64,000 bases of DNA from an uncultured delta proteobacterium. Its GTDB lineage: Bacteria > Desulfobacterota > Desulfobacteria > Desulfobacterales > UBA2156. The notes beneath the pieces are model-generated. The model saw only the letters and a program-made list of their open reading frames with translations. It was not told the origin of the DNA and searched no databases. The stretch is taken from positions 71,835-135,834 of the forward strand of contig CAVTQK010000008.1 in assembly GCA_963736855.1 (NCBI GenBank). The letters run 5' to 3'. The stretch's first letter is position 1. Every line of letters starts with the position of its first letter. Below are positions 52,319-62,469 of this stretch, piece by piece. Position numbers and translations under genes: made by a program.

Positions 52319-53553
52319 TAAAATGGATACGGCTTGCCTTGCGAAATATCTTGAGAAACAAACGACGCTCCCTTGTGACTCTCCTCGCCATAGGCGTGGG
52401 ATTTGGCGCCATAAGCCTTTTTCGAGGGTATGCCAGCAACACGTACTCGGGACTGAAGATGATGGCGATTCGAGGCGAGGGTCTCGGTCATCTGACAATC
52501 TTCAAGGCCGGTTGGCTGGAAAAAGGAAAACTGGAGCCGGAAAAGTACATGTTCACGAAAGCGGAGATTGAAAAGATATCGAAACTTGTTACGGAAGACC
52601 GTGAGGTTATCCTGGCCACTCCGCAGATCAATCTTACCGGTATTGTATCCAACGGAATCGTTTCCACGGTATTCATAGCCCAAGGCGTTGTTCCTCAGGA
52701 TGAAAAAAGAATCAAAGGGACTTGGGCAGAATTAAGGCCGATCCGGGGCGAAGGATTAAACGAGAATAGATCTTACGGGGTGGAGATGGCACAGGATCTG
52801 GCCAGGTTTCTGAGCCTGAAGCCCGACGGCGATGCCGTGGTGATGGCGCCGACGCTGAGCGGCCAGATGAACGCCCTGGATATTCACGTATCCGGCGTAT
52901 TTGACACGGGCTCTGATGCCACCAACGACAAATACATGCGGCTATCCTTCGGCTTTGCCCAATCTCTTCTGGATACGGAGAAGGCCGACAGAATTGTGGT
53001 GCTCCTGGAAGATACCGAAAAAACCGAGAAGATGCGCATCCTGCTCATGAGCCGGCTTGTGAATGCCGGCATCGCATGTGAAATCAAGACATGGAATGAG
53101 CTGTCTCTGTTCTATTCCAAAGTCCGGGGATTGATCGATATGATGTTTCTCTTCATTTTCTGCATTGTCCTGGTCATTGTGGTCATGAGCACCATCAATA
53201 CCATGGGCATGGCGGTCATGGAGAGGACGCGGGAGATCGGAACTTTAAGGGCTCTGGGACTTAAGAGAAGAGGCGTGTCCTTTCTTTTTGCCATGGAGGG
53301 CGGTCTACTGGGCTTTCTCGGCAGCCTCATGGGGGTAGCACTTCACACGATCGTATGGGCCGTCATTCGACATGTTCATCCGACCTATACACCGCCCGGT
53401 GTTTCGACCCCCGTCCCCTTGAACGTGCACTTCATGCCTGACACCCTGCTCCTTCTGGCACTCTGCTTTATTATTCTTTCACTCCTGGCCGCCATCACCC
53501 CGGCACGCAGGGCAGCGAAACAAAACATCGTCAACGCCCTGGGACATGTATGA
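52315..53553 (+). CDS. ABC transporter permease (LolC/E, FtsX-like)
   Basis: LALRNILRNKRRS, ERTREIGTLRALG, PARRAA. Confidence 0.9.
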   Translation: MIKWIRLALRNILRNKRRSLVTLLAIGVGFGAISLFRGYASNTYSGLKMMAIRGEGLGHLTIFKAGWLEKGKLEPEKYMFTKAEIEKISKLVTEDREVILATPQINLTGIVSNGIVSTVFIAQGVVPQDEKRIKGTWAELRPIRGEGLNENRSYGVEMAQDLARFLSLKPDGDAVVMAPTLSGQMNALDIHVSGVFDTGSDATNDKYMRLSFGFAQSLLDTEKADRIVVLLEDTEKTEKMRILLMSRLVNAGIACEIKTWNELSLFYSKVRGLIDMMFLFIFCIVLVIVVMSTINTMGMAVMERTREIGTLRALGLKRRGVSFLFAMEGGLLGFLGSLMGVALHTIVWAVIRHVHPTYTPPGVSTPVPLNVHFMPDTLLLLALCFIILSLLAAITPARRAAKQNIVNALGHV

Positions 53554-53578
53554 GACCATTAAAGGAGGTACTAAAGAG

Positions 53579-54340
53579 ATGAATTACGGATCATGCACAA
53601 GATGCCTGGCAGCACTGGGCTTACTCGCCATATTTACCATGGGGCTCAATCTTCCCCCAACCTGGGCCATGACCCCGGACGAGATTCTCAGGAAATCCGA
53701 TGAGGCCCGCGGCAACGCAGACGGCATAGAGTGGGAAATCGCTGTGAGTTCCGTGGAGTCGGGCCGCACACAGGAAAGAATCATCCGGGTCAGTGCCCGC
53801 AGTTTCAATTCCCTTGCCGAGTTCATGGCTCCGGCCAATGTGAAGGGACAGAAGATGCTCATGATTGACCGCAACATGTGGTTTGTAAAACCCGGCCTCT
53901 CCAAGCCTGTTCCGATCTCACCCAGGCAGAAGCTTTTAGGCGGCGCAGCCAATGGGGACATCGCATCAACCAACTATGCGGGAGACTATAAGATCACCCA
54001 AACCGATGAAGATACGGTAAACCAGGAACCCTGTTACCTCTTTGATCTGGCTGCTGCCGACAAAAAAGCCACCTATGACCGGATCCGATACTGGATCTCC
54101 AAGGACCGCATCGTCGGGCTAAAAGCAGAATTTTATACCGTCTCCGGGAAGATGTTCAAGACAGCTACCTTTGAATACGACAACCACATGACCATCGACG
54201 GCCGGAAGCGTCCGTTCATCTCCAAGATGGTCATCACGAGCGCCGTCATGAAAGAGGATGTGACCACCATGAACTTTAGCAAGGTTTCCTTAAAGAAGAT
54301 TCCTGACTCCATGTTCAATCTGAACCTGCTGGTAAGGTAG
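53579..54340 (+). CDS. Outer-membrane lipoprotein-sorting protein (LolA-like)
   Basis: Signal peptide; KGQKMLM, ISPRQKLLG, DIASTNY, FYTVSGKMFKT; ABC context. Confidence 0.78.
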   Translation: MNYGSCTRCLAALGLLAIFTMGLNLPPTWAMTPDEILRKSDEARGNADGIEWEIAVSSVESGRTQERIIRVSARSFNSLAEFMAPANVKGQKMLMIDRNMWFVKPGLSKPVPISPRQKLLGGAANGDIASTNYAGDYKITQTDEDTVNQEPCYLFDLAAADKKATYDRIRYWISKDRIVGLKAEFYTVSGKMFKTATFEYDNHMTIDGRKRPFISKMVITSAVMKEDVTTMNFSKVSLKKIPDSMFNLNLLVR

Positions 54341-54371
54341 GATGATTCGGTCAATAACAGGCTGATGAGAT

Positions 54372-55709
54372 ATGAAATCCCTTTCCCTTGCAGTTTGGTT
54401 TTTCCTGACATTCTCGATTCTGTGCCCCTTTGCAGGAATAGCCGGTTCAGACGCAGACACGGAGCCCGTCAATATAGAAAAAACCTTTACGGAGAGGTTC
54501 TCTATGGATTTTCGGGCGCTCGCCTACGGCATCCTCCAGGAACCATCCGATACCACACAGAACCCGGGCAACCGCTTCTTGCAGATGCCGCGTTATCTTG
54601 GCGATCTGGAACTGCGCCCCGATATACGCTTCAATCTCGATCCTCTGGAACTCATGGTAAAACCCAGGATGAGGCTTGAATACAGCGCTTGGGCCGGGAC
54701 AGACATGGATGATCGGGGATCGGAGTGGGATGAAGACGGATATGTCAACGAGTGGCTGGCTCGTCTGAAGTTGCGCGAAAACCTCTTCGCATCCTATGGC
54801 CGGGAGAACCTCCAGTGGGGGCCTTCGTTCCTTTTTTCCCCATCGAATCCGTTTTTTCCCGACAACGGTCGCCGGAATCCCTATATCGAGGTGCCCGGCT
54901 CCGATTTTGCCCGTGTCGTATGGATCCCGCAGAATTCCTGGACCCTTTCCCTCATCGCCAATACAGAGGAAGGCCGCAACAAACCGATCGGCCCGGATCC
55001 TTTTGAGAGGACCTATGCTGCAAAGATCGATTATACCGGAGGCGAGAACTATGCTTCCCTGATCCTGTCGCATAAGGAGTGTGTCGGAAATACCATCGGA
55101 TTTTTCGGCGGACGGACCGTGTCGGATGCGGTCCTTCTCTATGCTGAAGGCAGCATTTCCAAAGGCGGCAGGTCGCTTTATCCGAATGAGGATCCATCGC
55201 CTTTTGGGGCATCTATGCAACAGATATACAAGGACACTTCGGATCTGAAATCGGTGCTCCTTTTCGGGGGCTCCTATACGTTTGAGTCCAAGGGGACCCT
55301 GACCCTGGAATATGCTTATAACGGTCAGGGTTATAGTGATGCCCAAGCAGAGGAATACTATTCCTTGAGACGCAAAGCCGCAGACGCCTTGGATTCACCC
55401 GGTCCGCTGGCGGAGTTGGCGCAGATGACCTTGGGGCAGACTGTCGCTACGGGCCTCAAGTTTATACGAAGGAACTATCTGCTCCTTCAGTATACCCAGA
55501 GCGGCATACGGAATGTCCTCGACCTCACCCTGCGTTGGACCCGGAACCTTGATGACGGCTCTTGTCAATATACGGCCCTTGTGACATGCTCTTTCGGGGA
55601 TCACCTGGAATTCTTCTCCGTGGGTACTGTGAACGGAGGAAGTGAGGATACCGAGTTCAGGAGCTTTTTCGATTATCAGTGGATGATCGGGATGAAATAT
55701 ACCTTTTGA
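54372..55709 (+). CDS. Putative outer-membrane beta-barrel protein
   Basis: Signal peptide, GRENLQWG motif, C-terminal KYTF; follows the Lol-like genes. Confidence 0.65.
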   Translation: MKSLSLAVWFFLTFSILCPFAGIAGSDADTEPVNIEKTFTERFSMDFRALAYGILQEPSDTTQNPGNRFLQMPRYLGDLELRPDIRFNLDPLELMVKPRMRLEYSAWAGTDMDDRGSEWDEDGYVNEWLARLKLRENLFASYGRENLQWGPSFLFSPSNPFFPDNGRRNPYIEVPGSDFARVVWIPQNSWTLSLIANTEEGRNKPIGPDPFERTYAAKIDYTGGENYASLILSHKECVGNTIGFFGGRTVSDAVLLYAEGSISKGGRSLYPNEDPSPFGASMQQIYKDTSDLKSVLLFGGSYTFESKGTLTLEYAYNGQGYSDAQAEEYYSLRRKAADALDSPGPLAELAQMTLGQTVATGLKFIRRNYLLLQYTQSGIRNVLDLTLRWTRNLDDGSCQYTALVTCSFGDHLEFFSVGTVNGGSEDTEFRSFFDYQWMIGMKYTF

Positions 55710-55716
55710 GGCATGA

Positions 55717-56802
55717 ATGGCATCCACACCGCATAAGGCAACGACGGCGCTCGCGATGAAAAGGCATCTGACCGCCGGAAATATACTTCTGGACTATTTC
55801 TATACGATCATCATATCCGTTCTGATAGCGGTATTCCTTCATATCGCCGGTATCTCAAAACCGTTCCTGGCAAATCTTGTCATGTCTCTGTCTTTTGGGT
55901 TTTCCATGTGCACTCTCATCACTATATTGTTCTGGCTCCTGAATCCGAAAATGTTCAGCACTCTATCCGTCAGTCTCATCCTTCTGGCGGGCGTTATCGG
56001 CGGGATGCTTGTCGGTTTACACGTGGGTCCTTATTTCCTCCGACGCTTCTTCTCTCTTGTAATTTATGCAGACGGCGACCATGTCCTGAAAGCGATCGTT
56101 ATGGCCATCTTCTTCGGCGGAACAGCCACCTATTTTTTCTATTCCAATGCCAAACTGAAGCTGGTCCGGGAGGAAGCGGAGAAAGAGAGGATCAACCGTC
56201 TCGCCACTGAAAAGGAAGCCCTTGAGTCCAAGCTGCGAATGCTTCAGGCCCAGATCGAACCCCACTTCCTCTTTAACACACTCTCCAATATCCTGAGTCT
56301 CATCGATACGGAACCGGTAAAAGGCAAGTCCATGCTCATGGATCTGATACTTTACCTTCGTACGTCCCTTTCTAGAACCCTGCCCGATACGACGACACTG
56401 GGACAGGAAATAGATACCATCCAGGCCTATCTGAACATTCAGAAGATCAGGCTTGGGGACAGGTTGCGTTTTAACATCGACATCCCCGAGGCATTGCGGC
56501 AAGACCTTCTTCCTCCCATGCTCCTTCAACCTCTTGTTGAAAATGCAGTCAAACACGGTCTCGAACCCAAAGTTGACGGAGGTGAAGTCACCATAACCGC
56601 AGATGAACGAGGTGATCTCCTTCGGATTGTTGTTGCCGATACGGGTCTCGGCTTCTCTTCATTCAACACGACCGGAGTGGGCATTGCAAATGTGAGAGAA
56701 CGCCTTCGGCTTTTATATGGCGGAAAAGGGCGCCTGCTGCTCGAAGAAAACAAGCCCGTCGGGGTACGGGCCGTTCTGGAGGTTCCCAAAAATGGCTCAT
56801 AA
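55717..56802 (+). CDS. LytS/YehU-type sensor histidine kinase
   Basis: TMs, LQAQIEPHFLFNTL, QPLVENAVKHG. Confidence 0.9.
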   Translation: MASTPHKATTALAMKRHLTAGNILLDYFYTIIISVLIAVFLHIAGISKPFLANLVMSLSFGFSMCTLITILFWLLNPKMFSTLSVSLILLAGVIGGMLVGLHVGPYFLRRFFSLVIYADGDHVLKAIVMAIFFGGTATYFFYSNAKLKLVREEAEKERINRLATEKEALESKLRMLQAQIEPHFLFNTLSNILSLIDTEPVKGKSMLMDLILYLRTSLSRTLPDTTTLGQEIDTIQAYLNIQKIRLGDRLRFNIDIPEALRQDLLPPMLLQPLVENAVKHGLEPKVDGGEVTITADERGDLLRIVVADTGLGFSSFNTTGVGIANVRERLRLLYGGKGRLLLEENKPVGVRAVLEVPKNGS

Positions 56803-57556
56803 AGCCATCATAGCCGATGATGAAAAGGAATTGAGAACCTATTTGAGGTCCCTATTATCAGAGACTTGGCCGGACCTCATCGTCTGCGGGGAGGCTACCA
56901 ACGGCAAAGAAGCCCTTGAAATCGTTGAATCCGAACACCCGGATATCGCCTTTCTCGATATCCGGATGCCCGGGCTCACCGGTATGGACGTGGCAAAACG
57001 CATCGCAGGCTCCTGTCACATCGTTTTCGTAACAGCCTATGATCGGTACGCGGTAGAGGCCTTTGAACGCGAGGCAGTGGACTATCTCCTCAAGCCTGTG
57101 TCCAAAGAGAGGCTCATGCAGACCATAGCGCGCCTTAAAGAACGGATTGAAGCGGCACCTTCGCCGTCACCCCAACTGACCGAAGCGGTTCAGGAACTCC
57201 TCTCGAAACTTCCCGCTCAAGTTGGGCGCGATTACCTGCGCTGGATCAAAACCCAGCACAGAGACTCCATCCGGCTCATACCCGTGGAAGAAATCGACTA
57301 CTTCAAAGCCGATGACAAATATACCCTGGTCATGACCAAGGAAGGGGAATCCCTTATCAGAAAGAGCATCAAGGAACTGGCCGAGGAGCTTGATCCGGCA
57401 CAATTCTGGCAGATACATCGTGGGACCATCGTCAATGTCTCCAGAATCGACAGTGTCAGTCACTCTCTCACCGGACGGGGCATCGTGAAACTCAAGGAAA
57501 GACCCGAGATGCTCACGGTGAGCCGCAATTATCTACACCTCTTCAAGCATATGTAA
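56792..57556 (+). CDS. LytTR-family response regulator
   Basis: ADDE, LDIRMP, TAYD, LLKP; FWQIHRGTIVN, VSRNY. Confidence 0.92.
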   Translation: MAHKAIIADDEKELRTYLRSLLSETWPDLIVCGEATNGKEALEIVESEHPDIAFLDIRMPGLTGMDVAKRIAGSCHIVFVTAYDRYAVEAFEREAVDYLLKPVSKERLMQTIARLKERIEAAPSPSPQLTEAVQELLSKLPAQVGRDYLRWIKTQHRDSIRLIPVEEIDYFKADDKYTLVMTKEGESLIRKSIKELAEELDPAQFWQIHRGTIVNVSRIDSVSHSLTGRGIVKLKERPEMLTVSRNYLHLFKHM

Positions 57557-57648
57557 GACCAAAAGAGGTCGGCGGCTCCACGCGGGCTTTCTGAAGAACA
57601 CATCCTGGATAAAAAACAGCGTTTTCATCCGGAGGCCTTGTCAAACTT

Positions 57649-57801
57649 GATGAACTCGTAAAAAGTCGAAAATCAGATGGCAAAGCAAAAAGTTCAAGTT
57701 CAAGGCGTCGCGAATCCCGTGTGATGAGGCGTACTTATCGTACGTCGGCATCACAACGGGATGAAGCGCAACGCAGAAATTGGACTTTTTACGAAGCCAT
57801 C
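57649..57801. mobile_element. Shorter MITE-like element with the same TIR family and a different interior
   Basis: GATGAACTCGTAAAAAGTC / GACTTTTTACGAAGCCATC; perfect AAACTT direct repeat on both flanks. Confidence 0.8.
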
Positions 57802-57832
57802 AAACTTCACTTTCGTCAAATAGAAAACCCGA

Positions 57833-58738
57833 TCAGGGCTTGACGATATAATGAATGGCCTCCGGAGAATCCGGGTTCGGTGCACTTCCCAGGCCAATCC
57901 ACCCTTCACCGGAAAGCGTTACAGTATCCTTCACCAGAGATTTGGCCTTTTCCCCTACCCTCATCACCCAGGTGCCGTTGGTGCTTTGATCGATCAGAAC
58001 GAACTTACCGCGGCGATATTCCGCTTTGGCATGCGACCGGGATACACGACCATCATTGATCACCATGTCGTTATGGCTGAGTCGGCCCATAGTCGCCGTA
58101 GTATTTATCGAATCGACAACGACACATTTGTTTCCGACGCTAAGATTTAGGGACGCTCCTTGACCTGCCCTTTCAAGGGGCAGCTTGTCCAGCATCACGG
58201 TGACGCAATGCCGCTCCCAAACGATTTCATAGATGCCGATCTCGCCGCGTTTTCCTTTGACCGTCGTCTTTTCGATGAATCGCGCCGTGTTCTTCAAAGA
58301 GGGATGAAGAAGCTTCAGCGTATGTTCGGTCGTCAGGATCTGGCGCTGTTTTGCCAATCCGACCATCCGGGCCGCCATATTCACGGCATCCCCGAAAATA
58401 TCCTCTTCCTCCCTCAGGACTTGTCCAAAGTGGAAACCGGCATGAAGATTTGGAACGGACTTCCCCCATTGATCGCTTTCTCGCATCGAATCCACGGCGC
58501 GGTTCATGGCGATGGCGGCTTTGGCTGCCTGATCGGCGGTGGAAAAACCACACATAACCTCGTCACCGATGGTCTTGATCACCCATCCGCCGATATTCCG
58601 GGCTGCATCAGCCATTCTGGCAATGCATGCTCCTATAAGGACCCGGGCATCCCGGTTTCCCAAAACTTCATAGATATGGGTACTTTGAGCGATATCCGAA
58701 AAAAGAACCGCAAGATTTTCTATCTTCCGCTTTTTCAT
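57833..58738 (-). CDS. Adenylate/guanylate cyclase with C-terminal FHA domain
   Basis: LFSDIAQST, KTIGDEVM, DIFGDAVNMAAR; FHA GR...VSRSH...STNGT. Confidence 0.88.
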   Translation of the reverse strand: MKKRKIENLAVLFSDIAQSTHIYEVLGNRDARVLIGACIARMADAARNIGGWVIKTIGDEVMCGFSTADQAAKAAIAMNRAVDSMRESDQWGKSVPNLHAGFHFGQVLREEEDIFGDAVNMAARMVGLAKQRQILTTEHTLKLLHPSLKNTARFIEKTTVKGKRGEIGIYEIVWERHCVTVMLDKLPLERAGQGASLNLSVGNKCVVVDSINTTATMGRLSHNDMVINDGRVSRSHAKAEYRRGKFVLIDQSTNGTWVMRVGEKAKSLVKDTVTLSGEGWIGLGSAPNPDSPEAIHYIVKP

Positions 58739-58886
58739 GGTCTTCCTAGAAGGTCTGATTCCTGCAAATGAATCGGAGAAAACAGCCGGCTCCTGCTTTT
58801 CTAAAACCTAAATTGATCGAGAAATACTCCAACGATCAAATAAGATCAAGTACCACAATGCAAGATTCGGGGAAAAGAAAATAATA

Positions 58887-59227
58887 GAGGTGATCTATCG
58901 ATATCTTGACTGCGGGGTTTTGCATAATCCCGCCTTTGCGGGACCCGGATTCGATGCAAAGATGGTGGTCATGAATATCTCTTGGCTTTTTCGTGTAAGC
59001 GTCGTGATTTTTGTCCCTCGTGTCATCAAAAAAGGGTGGTGGAGTTCATAGAAGATCCGGATGTGGTCAAAAAAATCCTCAAGCACTTAAACTTGTGGGA
59101 CCTGAAACGACCACCCAGGCCCGTCGCCCATGCCCCGCCTCTGATTGAATTTCCCACATACGACAATACGCCTTCCGTCAAGGATTACGTCGCCGACCCA
59201 GGGTACCCCATGGATTCTTATTTCTGA
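58887..59227 (+). pseudogene. IS91-family (rolling-circle) transposase remnant, internally deleted
   Basis: EVIYRYLDCGVLHN...RIRCKDGGHEYLLAFSCKRRDFCPSCHQKRVVEF zinc-binding domain joined directly to the C-terminal IEDPDVVKKILKHLNLW...HAPP; catalytic core missing. Confidence 0.75.
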
Positions 59228-59251
59228 AAAATCCGTCCGGAGTTGACCCGC

Positions 59252-59278
59252 CCTGCCTGTGCGATGCACGCAGACAGG
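59252..59278. repeat. Short palindromic REP-like element
   Basis: CCTGCCTGTGCGATGCACGCAGACAGG hairpin. Confidence 0.55.
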
Positions 59279-59599
59279 CGGCCTATGCCCGAATCGGTCA
59301 GGATAATGGACTTTTACCGATAAATTTTCGATTGAAAGCGCATACATCTTCGCATAATTGAAACCCCATACGCCACAATAATGGTGTATTCACATATCTT
59401 GGGGTACGGATGATGGTAAAACACAACTCATGCTCGTGCTTAATCCACCCGCAAAAAAAGCGACCTCTATCAACAGATAATCGGGGCTTGGCCAGTTTTT
59501 TATGACTTTTTTCCAGAGCGGGGGAAGGTCTGGATGAATTCCGCAGCATCGGGCGCAGCTACGACTTCCGGGTCGCCCTCCCCCCCGCTCAAGCCGTCC

Positions 59600-59628
59600 T
59601 TGACAGGTCCTGAGGTCCGATTTATGCT
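59600..59628 (+). promoter_or_regulatory. Sigma70-type promoter
   Basis: TTGACA-17-TATGCT upstream of the 59735 ORF. Confidence 0.55.
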
Positions 59629-59734
59629 TCATCATAATGGCTATATGGGTCACTGGGAACAAAGAGGCTCCAAAGATCTCCCCTCGGCCAGCGTAGCCGA
59701 AAAAGAAACCCTTATCCTTCTTTGGAGGCGACCG

Positions 59735-60763
59735 ATGAGGATCCGTGCCTTCGTGACGGCCACAATAATGTCAGTTGTGCTTCTCACCGGCGTGTGTCCG
59801 CGTGCCGAGGCGCAGCGGCGGATCGATGCCGTGTCCACTGCCAGCCTCAGGCCGGGCGATGTGATCGAGCTGAGCGGCGAGTTCACAGCAACGCCTGACG
59901 ATCAGGTTGTCGGGCTGATACGCGACGACAGATGGGAGATGCGACTCGTTGATTGGACCAGTACCCGCATTCTGGCCGAGGTGCCTCCCGAGCTAAGTCC
60001 CGCGACGTACGCTCTCCTGGTGTGGGTGCCGGGAAGCCCGCTCGCCTCCAATCGCATCGATATCACGGTGCTGCCGTACGCTCCGGAGCTGCCTGGCAAT
60101 CTTGAGATCAATCCTCCGACTCCGCGCATCGATCGCGTGCATCCGCGCATCACCGACGGACGCGACGCCGTTCTCTATGGCGAGCACTTCGGGGAGCAAC
60201 GTGATGACATGGGCGTCTGGATCTCGGATCCGCACGGCGCCCGACTATTACAGATCATCGACTGGTCCGACCGTCGAATCCAGGTTCGGACGCCAGCCTT
60301 GCTCGGCCCCCGGGCTGTACAGCCAGGCCGATTCGAGGTAGCAGTCGGCCGGATCGCGCCACCGCCGCCGCAGCTCCTGAGCAATAGTCGCCCGCTCATC
60401 CTCCGAAGGACGCCGCCTCAGGCCTGGGAAGGTAGACTGCGTCGGGTCTTGGGGATTGAGCCACCGGTGATTTCGCTCGGCGTCGAGTTCGACATCCTTG
60501 GCGAGAATCTGGTCCTGCTCCCTGGAGAGACCGTGCATATCGACACACGCGAGCGGCTCGAGGACCTCGCCAACGTGCCGATCGGTCTCGATACTCGACC
60601 GCTTGGAACGGGGATCGACGTGATCGAGGTGAACAAGAATCGCATTCAGTGCCGACTGCGTTACGACCTCGCTCCGGGCCGATATCGGGTGGGAATCATT
60701 CACATGGAAATGGGGTTTTCCAATATTTCGGCGCCCATCGTCTCCGTGCAGGCACCGCACTGA
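59735..60763 (+). CDS. Secreted protein with three Ig/IPT-TIG-like repeats
   Basis: Signal peptide ending AEA; repeated DWTSTRILAEVP / DWSDRRIQVRTP...PGRF / RIQCRL...PGRY; GGAGG RBS; visibly GC-richer than its flanks. Confidence 0.65.
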   Translation: MRIRAFVTATIMSVVLLTGVCPRAEAQRRIDAVSTASLRPGDVIELSGEFTATPDDQVVGLIRDDRWEMRLVDWTSTRILAEVPPELSPATYALLVWVPGSPLASNRIDITVLPYAPELPGNLEINPPTPRIDRVHPRITDGRDAVLYGEHFGEQRDDMGVWISDPHGARLLQIIDWSDRRIQVRTPALLGPRAVQPGRFEVAVGRIAPPPPQLLSNSRPLILRRTPPQAWEGRLRRVLGIEPPVISLGVEFDILGENLVLLPGETVHIDTRERLEDLANVPIGLDTRPLGTGIDVIEVNKNRIQCRLRYDLAPGRYRVGIIHMEMGFSNISAPIVSVQAPH

Positions 60764-60838
60764 ATTCGGCGACTCCGTTTGAGACGTAGTGGGTCTCCCG
60801 GCGTACGCTCGGCTGCTTTCCGCGCGCGATTGTAAAAA

Positions 60839-61183
60839 TCAACCCGCTTTCCGGTAGTAAAACTGCTGATGGGCACTCGCAAAATCCAGGCCTGCCAACA
60901 GCCGGTTTAACCGCCTCCGGTCGATGGCCATTATTTGTTCCGGCCGCCTGGACCACTGGAATCGATGCTCCTCCAGCCTTTTATGCCACAGACAAAATCC
61001 GTTTTCATCCCAGTACAGGATTTTATGAATGTTTTTGCGCCGGTTGCAAAACACGAACAGGTCTCCCGAAAACGGATCAAGACCCATGGCCTGCTCCACT
61101 AGCTCCGGCAGCCCGTTGATGGCCTTGCGCATGTCGGTTGTGCCCAAAGCCAAATACACCCGGATCGCATCTACCGGGATCAT
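60839..61183 (-). mobile_element. tnpB: IS66 accessory protein TnpB (Orf2)
   Basis: TDMRKAINGL, LFVFCNRR, KILYWDENGFCLWHKRLE. Confidence 0.88.
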
Positions 61184-61300
61184 GCCGCCCCCCGCAGCGC
61201 AAGAATCAGTTGCCGCAAGAGACTGGGATCAAACCCGGATCGGATCTTCACTTTGAAATGATTATGAATGACCAAGCACAAGGATCCGTGTGCCGGCTCC
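61180..61300 (-). pseudogene. 3' remnant of IS66 TnpA (Orf1)
   Basis: Minus strand reads SLCLVIHNHFKVKIRSGFDPSLLRQLILALRGAA* with ATGA overlap into tnpB. Confidence 0.55.
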
Positions 61301-61404
61301 TCGGTTCTGGATATCTCGTCCATGATGTCGCCCCCTGTCTTTTTTATGACATTATGCCACGACCTCCAGACCCTGTGAAGATGGAGTTAAATTGACGGAT
61401 ACAT

Positions 61405-62352
61405 TTAACCTGTCGATACTGTGTCTTTTTGTAATGTTTCGCGACGAAAGCGACCTGGAGATTTTCCAATATGTTTACTAAAAACTTTACTAAAAGACGC
61501 TTCAGAACTGTAGCCAACCTGTTCGGCAATTTCTGATATTGAAAGGCTTTTTGCCAAGAGCAGGGAGGAGGCTCTGAAGAGACGCCACTGGGTCAGATAT
61601 TGAAATGGCGAAGTGCCAACCAGATCTTTGAAGCGAAGGGAAAAATTTGCTCGCGACATGCCAGCTGCCTTTGCCAGTGACTCAATTGTCCATGGGTTGT
61701 GGGGGCGGGTGTGAATCAAGTGCAGAGCTTTTCCTATTAAAGGGTCATTAAGGCCGTTTAACCAGTTTTGCTGTTGGTCATCGTTCCTCTGAAGGTAAGC
61801 CCGCAGCACAAGAATGAAAAGAATTTCAGTCAGCCTGTTGATAAGTGCTTGAGCCGCCGGTTTTTCTCTGCTTGATTCGGCAGAAAGAAATGACAGGGTC
61901 GTTTCCAGCCAAGGGAGGGACCTGTTCTCCTCACCTCGGAGATACAGTATCGCGGGAAGGGGGGTGAAGAGGGGGTGAAATGCACTTCTCTCCAGGACAA
62001 AGTGTCCGCAGATGACAGTACTGGCGGCGCCATCGCCGCCGATATGCAAACCCGGCAATGAATCGTTTCCTTTTTGTTCGATTAAGGTTTGCAAGGCAAT
62101 AGGTGTGGAGCCTGGTCTATCCACGAGTATATGTGCGTCTCCCTGAGTCAGTATAATAAGATCGCCGCTTTCTAATGGGAGGTAGTCTGCTGTTTTGTCG
62201 GATTTGACGTAGGCACTGCCTCGGAGCAGAAAATGGAACTGGGCACTGTCAGTCCGGGGAATGGACATGCCCCATGGTGCGCGAGCTTCGGTCCGGCACC
62301 ACAGGCTTCCATGGAAATGGATAGAATTGAGTATTTCTGCTAATGCATCCAA
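61405..62352 (-). CDS. AraC-family transcriptional regulator (cupin sensor)
   Basis: PWTIESLAKAAGMSRANF, VGYSSEASFSKVF; TTG start with AGGAGAGG RBS (ORF track start 62382). Confidence 0.88.
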   Translation of the reverse strand: MDALAEILNSIHFHGSLWCRTEARAPWGMSIPRTDSAQFHFLLRGSAYVKSDKTADYLPLESGDLIILTQGDAHILVDRPGSTPIALQTLIEQKGNDSLPGLHIGGDGAASTVICGHFVLERSAFHPLFTPLPAILYLRGEENRSLPWLETTLSFLSAESSREKPAAQALINRLTEILFILVLRAYLQRNDDQQQNWLNGLNDPLIGKALHLIHTRPHNPWTIESLAKAAGMSRANFSLRFKDLVGTSPFQYLTQWRLFRASSLLLAKSLSISEIAEQVGYSSEASFSKVFSKHIGKSPGRFRRETLQKDTVSTG

Positions 62353-62469
62353 TCTACCTCTCCTATTTGGACGAATGGACAATTAAACGAGAGCAATAGC
62401 CATTGTTCATTGCATTTCTGTTACTATATAGCTAATCAACAACCAAATCAACCAATATAGGAGGAGAAA

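Noticed and set aside
14452..57801. Repeated GATGAA..CGTAAAAA sequences as a CRISPR array
   Set aside because: Copies are dispersed and inverted, with target duplications; no spacers or cas genes
59645..59705. Possible c-di-GMP-I riboswitch upstream of the Ig-repeat gene
   Set aside because: Only a weak 3' resemblance (GGCCAGCGTAGCCGA); the GGCAAA...GAAA...GACGCAAA core is absent
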